Shown here: piece after piece, positions 59,936 through 64,000 of the stretch
How the letters are laid out: each line of letters opens with the position of its first letter
Numbering within the stretch: the stretch's first letter is position 1
Origin: a virus
Taxonomy: Duplodnaviria > Caudoviricetes
DNA length: 64,000 bases
Direction: 5' to 3' (one strand)
IMG/VR virus record: IMGVR_UViG_3300020036_009452
Location: 25,428-89,427 of that record
Notes under the pieces: model-generated
The model's input: only the letters and a program-made list of their open reading frames with translations
Database searches by the model: none
Told to the model about the DNA's origin: nothing
Made by a program: the position numbers and the translations under genes

Positions 59936-62141
59936 TAAATAATCTGTTATTATTTATTATGAGCCTATTGAGGTCCTTATCAAGTTGGGATATCTCAGCT
60001 TGATTATACAACTTTCGTTGCTCCATATTGGATAATTCTTCAAGACCTAGTATACAGCCAATCAAGGAAGATACTCGGTCGAAGTTTCCATCTAAGTTAT
60101 AAGCAATTAGTTCTTGGAGTAGTGCTGGGTCAGGTATAAGGTCCAAATTGCGTTTCCCATCTCCTCGATCTTCTAACAAGAAAGATCGAACATACTGTAG
60201 TGCTTCCCATTTTATCTTATCGTTTGATAGGGGGTAGCCATAGATAACCTGTGGGCCACTATCATAGGAAGCTTTTTTATTAAAAATAGTTACAGGTTGA
60301 CGAGCTAGGAGATCTAATCGACGAATCTTCTCAAAGTAATCCTTTACGTTGCCTACGTTATTCTCAAAATATATCTTTGCGTTACCATAAAACAAGGATA
60401 GTTTGTATAGTAATTCATTCACATGATTCTTTCCTAAATAGGGGCGACCAATATAGTTAGCCACTATTTCTGAATACCCAACAGATGAGGGATGTTTGTT
60501 TGTCTTTATAACGTATATGGATGCCAAGGAAGCCCCTGTTTGCCCGTCGTCTTTATAAGGGTCACAACCTATAATATAGGCCCCCTCGGGGATAACCTCC
60601 TGTATAACCTTTGGAAATTCATATATAACTACTGCCCCTTCTAATTCATCGCCTTCATATGGAAATCGATTTATGGCCTGGAGCTTTTCGCTGAGTTCAT
60701 AATTCACACCATTATATATTTTAGCAGATGGATCAAAGTAAAGTGTTACCTTCTTCTCCAAATAATCACTCATTTTGTGAGTTTGGATTTCGGATAATCT
60801 CCTACGAAGTTCCGCTGTGGGGAATATATTAGCTGTCTTGGTAAGAAACATCTCAGAAGGAACAATAGGTCGATACTGCATTTCCTTATTCAATGCTTCT
60901 GATCCGCCTGAGTCCCCTGCTTTTTTCTTTCTTACATTTAATAATGCCTGCTTTGCTGCCGCAGCATCAGTTACACCATCATCATCCTTATACTCGTTGA
61001 GTACTTCATAGGCGGGTAAGAAGTAACCTATATCACCCCTAAATTCCCATGTGTCTTCAAAGGGAAGAATACCATATTTATGCGGCTCATAAAACATCTC
61101 AGCAGCATCAAGGGTACCTTTTGACATGTCACCACCAGTACCCAGCATCATAAGCATGCCTGTTTTTACAAGACCATTACGAAGGTTATCCACTGTGTTA
61201 GTGTATACATCCTTTAAGCCCGCGAACATACCAACCTCTTCTAAAACTAAGAGGAGTGGACGTGTTCCTTGTGCAGCAAATGAGTTAGACGAGAAGGATT
61301 TATGCTTTATAGATGATTTAGAACCGGCTACGAGCCAAGCTCCATTTTCACGCCTTTTGTATTCAGCAATGATCTCCCTATTAACATCTCAAGAACCTCG
61401 ATACCGTTTTAAAAACGGAGAAGGATAAGTTCTATCATGGAGAGTTTGTTTACCTGGCAACCAGTCAAAAGCGTCTCGAACCTTCTTTAAAAGGTCAGCC
61501 GAACGGTCAGACTTCTCAGCACCAACCAATATCTCTGCTGGTTTAGGAAATTTTCTAGTAAACTCATTGTACACTGTAGATCCATCCATCAGGAAGTTAT
61601 GCGCTATAAGTCCTGAAACTGAATAGGATTTACCTGATTCACGAGAACCAAGTAGCATAAAGTTCTGTAGGGGGTTTTCAAACAGCGGGGCGCCTAGTGG
61701 GGCATCATATGTTTGAAAGAGCGCTTTTCTAGGGGAGATGTATTCCTTTCGCTGTCCTGTAATTGGAGATATTGTGTTTGGGTGTCAGCGCATTAATATA
61801 TCATCCGTAACATTTTCATCTAGGAGTACGTTATTGGATGAGTAATAATGGTCATCTTGGAAACCAGAAAAGCCCCTGGCTTCGGTGTAGTAGTTAAAAA
61901 ATTTATACTCTACATCACGTAACCAGGGGCGATCGAAGGTTTTCAGGGCTGAACCTCTTTTGTTTAATCGTATTGTATGGAAGTTTACATAATAGTAAAG
62001 GGCCGGTGGAATAAAAGTTCCACTAGCCCACATACCTTCTATACACCTACGGCGTTGTTCTCTCCAAAAAATTCTGTAATCCACCGAGAGAGGGTGGAAA
62101 TTTGGTATTTCTTTTACTATTACATCTGTAGCTTTAAGCAT
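59895..62141 (-). CDS. terL: Terminase large subunit, 748 aa, two in-frame TGA (61785, 61389)
   Basis: FWREQRRRCIEG; Walker A LGSRESGKSY; Walker B LVLEEVGMF; GTGGD; nuclease IGCDPY, ENN, NFDRVSS. Three track ORFs join in one frame through ILMR[TGA]HPN and YRGS[TGA]DVN. Confidence 0.9.
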
Positions 62142-63738
62142 AGTCCATTTGTGGCGGCGCGTAAGGCGGCGTTCTATCCACGTTTGTTAGGGATACCTCT
62201 GCAAGAATTAGCATATTAGCTGCGGATACAGCATTAGTAATAGCCTGTTCAACAACTAGAAGAGGGTCAATAATTCCTCGATCTCTTAAGTTATCGAATT
62301 CTTGTGTTTTGGCATTGAAACCAAAGTCGGGTTCGTCTTTTTCCAGAATCCTTTCGATAATAGCCTCGGCTGTTTTGCCTGAATTCTTTATAATCAAACG
62401 CAAAGGCTCAGTTAATCCATCTACAAAAGCATTTACTATTGGAGTTGGATCTTTCTTTGTGAGTTCTTGCGCGGCCCAAAGAAGTGCTAATCCCCCACCA
62501 ACTAAGTAACCTTTAGCTACTGCAGCAGAAGTGGCTCGAAGTGCGTCATCTACACGATCTTTTACCTCTTTTTGCTCTGTCTCAGTGGCAGCTCCAACAT
62601 TAATAGTTGCTACTTTTGCAGCTAGATCAGCTAGGCGTTTCTGATATTGAGATGTAAGATATGGATTATCTGGAACATTATTCAATTGCTCCTTTATAAG
62701 AGCAATACGTTCTTCTACACGTGCATTATCTTTCTTTGGTTCAACAAAAACTGTACGTTCTTTGGAAACAACAACCTTCTCTGCTGATCCAAGATAATGA
62801 GGACCAAAGTCAGTGTTTGCAGTATCATTAGACAGAATCTTACTAGAGGTAATCGCAGCCAAATCTTTAAGCAGTTCAGCGCGATTTTCTCCAAATGAAG
62901 GACCTTCAATAGCAGCTACACGTACGATTCCTTTTATCTTGTTCACAGCTAGTATCTGTAAGGCGTGGCCGTCAATAGAATCACATATTATAAGTACAGG
63001 GCGTTTAGATTCATGGGCAGCTTCTAGTACCGGAACTACATCTTCAAGGGTACGAAGCTTATTATCTGTAATGTAGATAAGTGGTTTTTCCAAAATAGCC
63101 TCACCTTTTGCTGCATCCGTAATGAAATACGGAGATGCGTAGCCTTTATTCACGGAAGCACCAGGAACTAGTTCAACCTCAGTCTTACCTGTTTTGGAAT
63201 CTCCTAAGGTAATCAAACCTTCTTTACCAACATACTCAAAAGCTGAGTGTATAAGGGCTCCAATAGTCTCATCATTATTAGCTGAGATAGTGGCAATCTT
63301 TAAAATATCCTCACTAGAAACAGGGCTGGCATTCTTTACTAAGTTCAAACGAACCTTATGGAGTAAATCTTCAAATGTCCTTTTGATCTCAATTGGTTGA
63401 AAGCCTAGCTTTATTAGTTTAAAAGCTTGTTTAACTAGCGCAGCAGCAATAACTGTAGATGTAGTGGTGCCATCGCCTGCTAAATTAGCTGTGCGATCAG
63501 CAGCCTGGCGAACAATTGTTACAGCTAAGTTCTCTGTAGGATCTTCTAGTGTAAGATGTTTTGCGACAGTAACACCATCTTTTGTGACTGTAGTTGCTCC
63601 ATATTGGGTTTCGATGATAACATTCTTACCCATTGGCCCTAGAGTGGACCCGACAACCTTGGCCATCTGTTCTACTCCGCTGAGTAACTTTTCTTGTGTG
63701 GCAACTTGTAAATCTATTTTTTTAGCTGGCATCAACAT
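62134..63738 (-). CDS. groEL: Phage-encoded GroEL-like chaperonin
   Basis: TLGPMGKNV, VTKDGVTVAK, AGDGTTT, VGAATETEQKEVKDRVDDALRAT, GGG, GIIDP. Lacks the GGM tail. Confidence 0.92.
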   Translation of the reverse strand: MLMPAKKIDLQVATQEKLLSGVEQMAKVVGSTLGPMGKNVIIETQYGATTVTKDGVTVAKHLTLEDPTENLAVTIVRQAADRTANLAGDGTTTSTVIAAALVKQAFKLIKLGFQPIEIKRTFEDLLHKVRLNLVKNASPVSSEDILKIATISANNDETIGALIHSAFEYVGKEGLITLGDSKTGKTEVELVPGASVNKGYASPYFITDAAKGEAILEKPLIYITDNKLRTLEDVVPVLEAAHESKRPVLIICDSIDGHALQILAVNKIKGIVRVAAIEGPSFGENRAELLKDLAAITSSKILSNDTANTDFGPHYLGSAEKVVVSKERTVFVEPKKDNARVEERIALIKEQLNNVPDNPYLTSQYQKRLADLAAKVATINVGAATETEQKEVKDRVDDALRATSAAVAKGYLVGGGLALLWAAQELTKKDPTPIVNAFVDGLTEPLRLIIKNSGKTAEAIIERILEKDEPDFGFNAKTQEFDNLRDRGIIDPLLVVEQAITNAVSAANMLILAEVSLTNVDRTPPYAPPQMDYA

Positions 63739-63955
63739 GCGTTAATTTTTTTAATTGTTCTAAGTCTACTGTTGTATTTGGATACCACGTATTAGGGTGG
63801 TACATCTTAACATGGGTGAGTAACCGCATTTTCAAATTAGACACCATTGAATCAACATAAGTGTCCATATTACTAAAGGATTCAGCTGGGATATTGACAG
63901 CCATTGTCTCTTCATACGGCCACAATTCATACTTTATCTCTACCTTAATTTGCAT
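63722..63955 (-). CDS. Hypothetical protein (77 aa)
   Basis: ATG 63955, TAA 63722, overlaps the groEL start; no GroES-like motif. Confidence 0.5.
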   Translation of the reverse strand: MQIKVEIKYELWPYEETMAVNIPAESFSNMDTYVDSMVSNLKMRLLTHVKMYHPNTWYPNTTVDLEQLKKLTHVDAS

Positions 63956-64000
63956 TGACTGTATTTAAAATTTCAGTTGCTGTTGGGGATACTCCCTCTG

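Noticed and set aside
645-62141. Fragmented genes as pseudogenes or sequencing errors
   Set aside because: All 18 breaks are the same codon (TGA), stay in frame and hit essential genes. Decay or error would also give TAG, TAA and frameshifts.
645-62141. TGA as selenocysteine or glycine (code 25)
   Set aside because: The sites are not Cys-type redox positions, no SECIS-like pattern is evident, and the recognisable motifs call for Trp. This rests on recalled motifs and needs alignment.
59895-62141. Introns or inteins splitting the terminase
   Set aside because: The gaps between track ORFs are short, stop-free apart from one TGA each, and encode expected terminase sequence. No homing endonuclease or intein ends were found.
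1-64000. tRNA (including a TCA suppressor), rRNA, CRISPR array, IS element, DGR
   Set aside because: The intergenic gaps are short and none shows a cloverleaf, repeat-spacer array, transposase or reverse transcriptase. A suppressor tRNA, if present, must lie outside the window.

Overview
A 64-kb segment of a crAss-like (Crassvirales-type) phage genome, most likely infecting a Bacteroidetes host. Layout: 1-7380 (+) DNA replication/recombination genes; 7545-11351 (+) an accessory block; 11426-63955 (-) one long late arm carrying three giant virion ejection/RNA polymerase genes, cargo, muzzle, ring and IHF-like genes, a DUF5675 lysin, tail fibres, major capsid, portal, terminase and GroEL. The supplied ORF track is fragmented because this phage reads TGA as a sense codon, almost certainly Trp. 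Eighteen in-frame TGAs join fragments into intact primase, AAA ATPase, resolvase, exonuclease, terminase, muzzle and other genes, and no late gene ends in TGA. TGA use is patchy. It clusters in three zones (645-7284, 32881-41385, 61389-61787), is absent from the giant RNAP genes and the capsid/tail-fibre block, and appears to act as a real STOP twice in the accessory block, so the genome seems to carry two codes. Separately, 4 of only 6 cysteines in the ~6750 aa of the three giant ejection proteins sit at the termini where adjacent proteins meet, suggesting a covalent head-to-tail chain. No tRNA, rRNA, CRISPR array, intron, intein or IS element was recognised. All counts are hand counts; family assignments come from motif recognition, not database searches.
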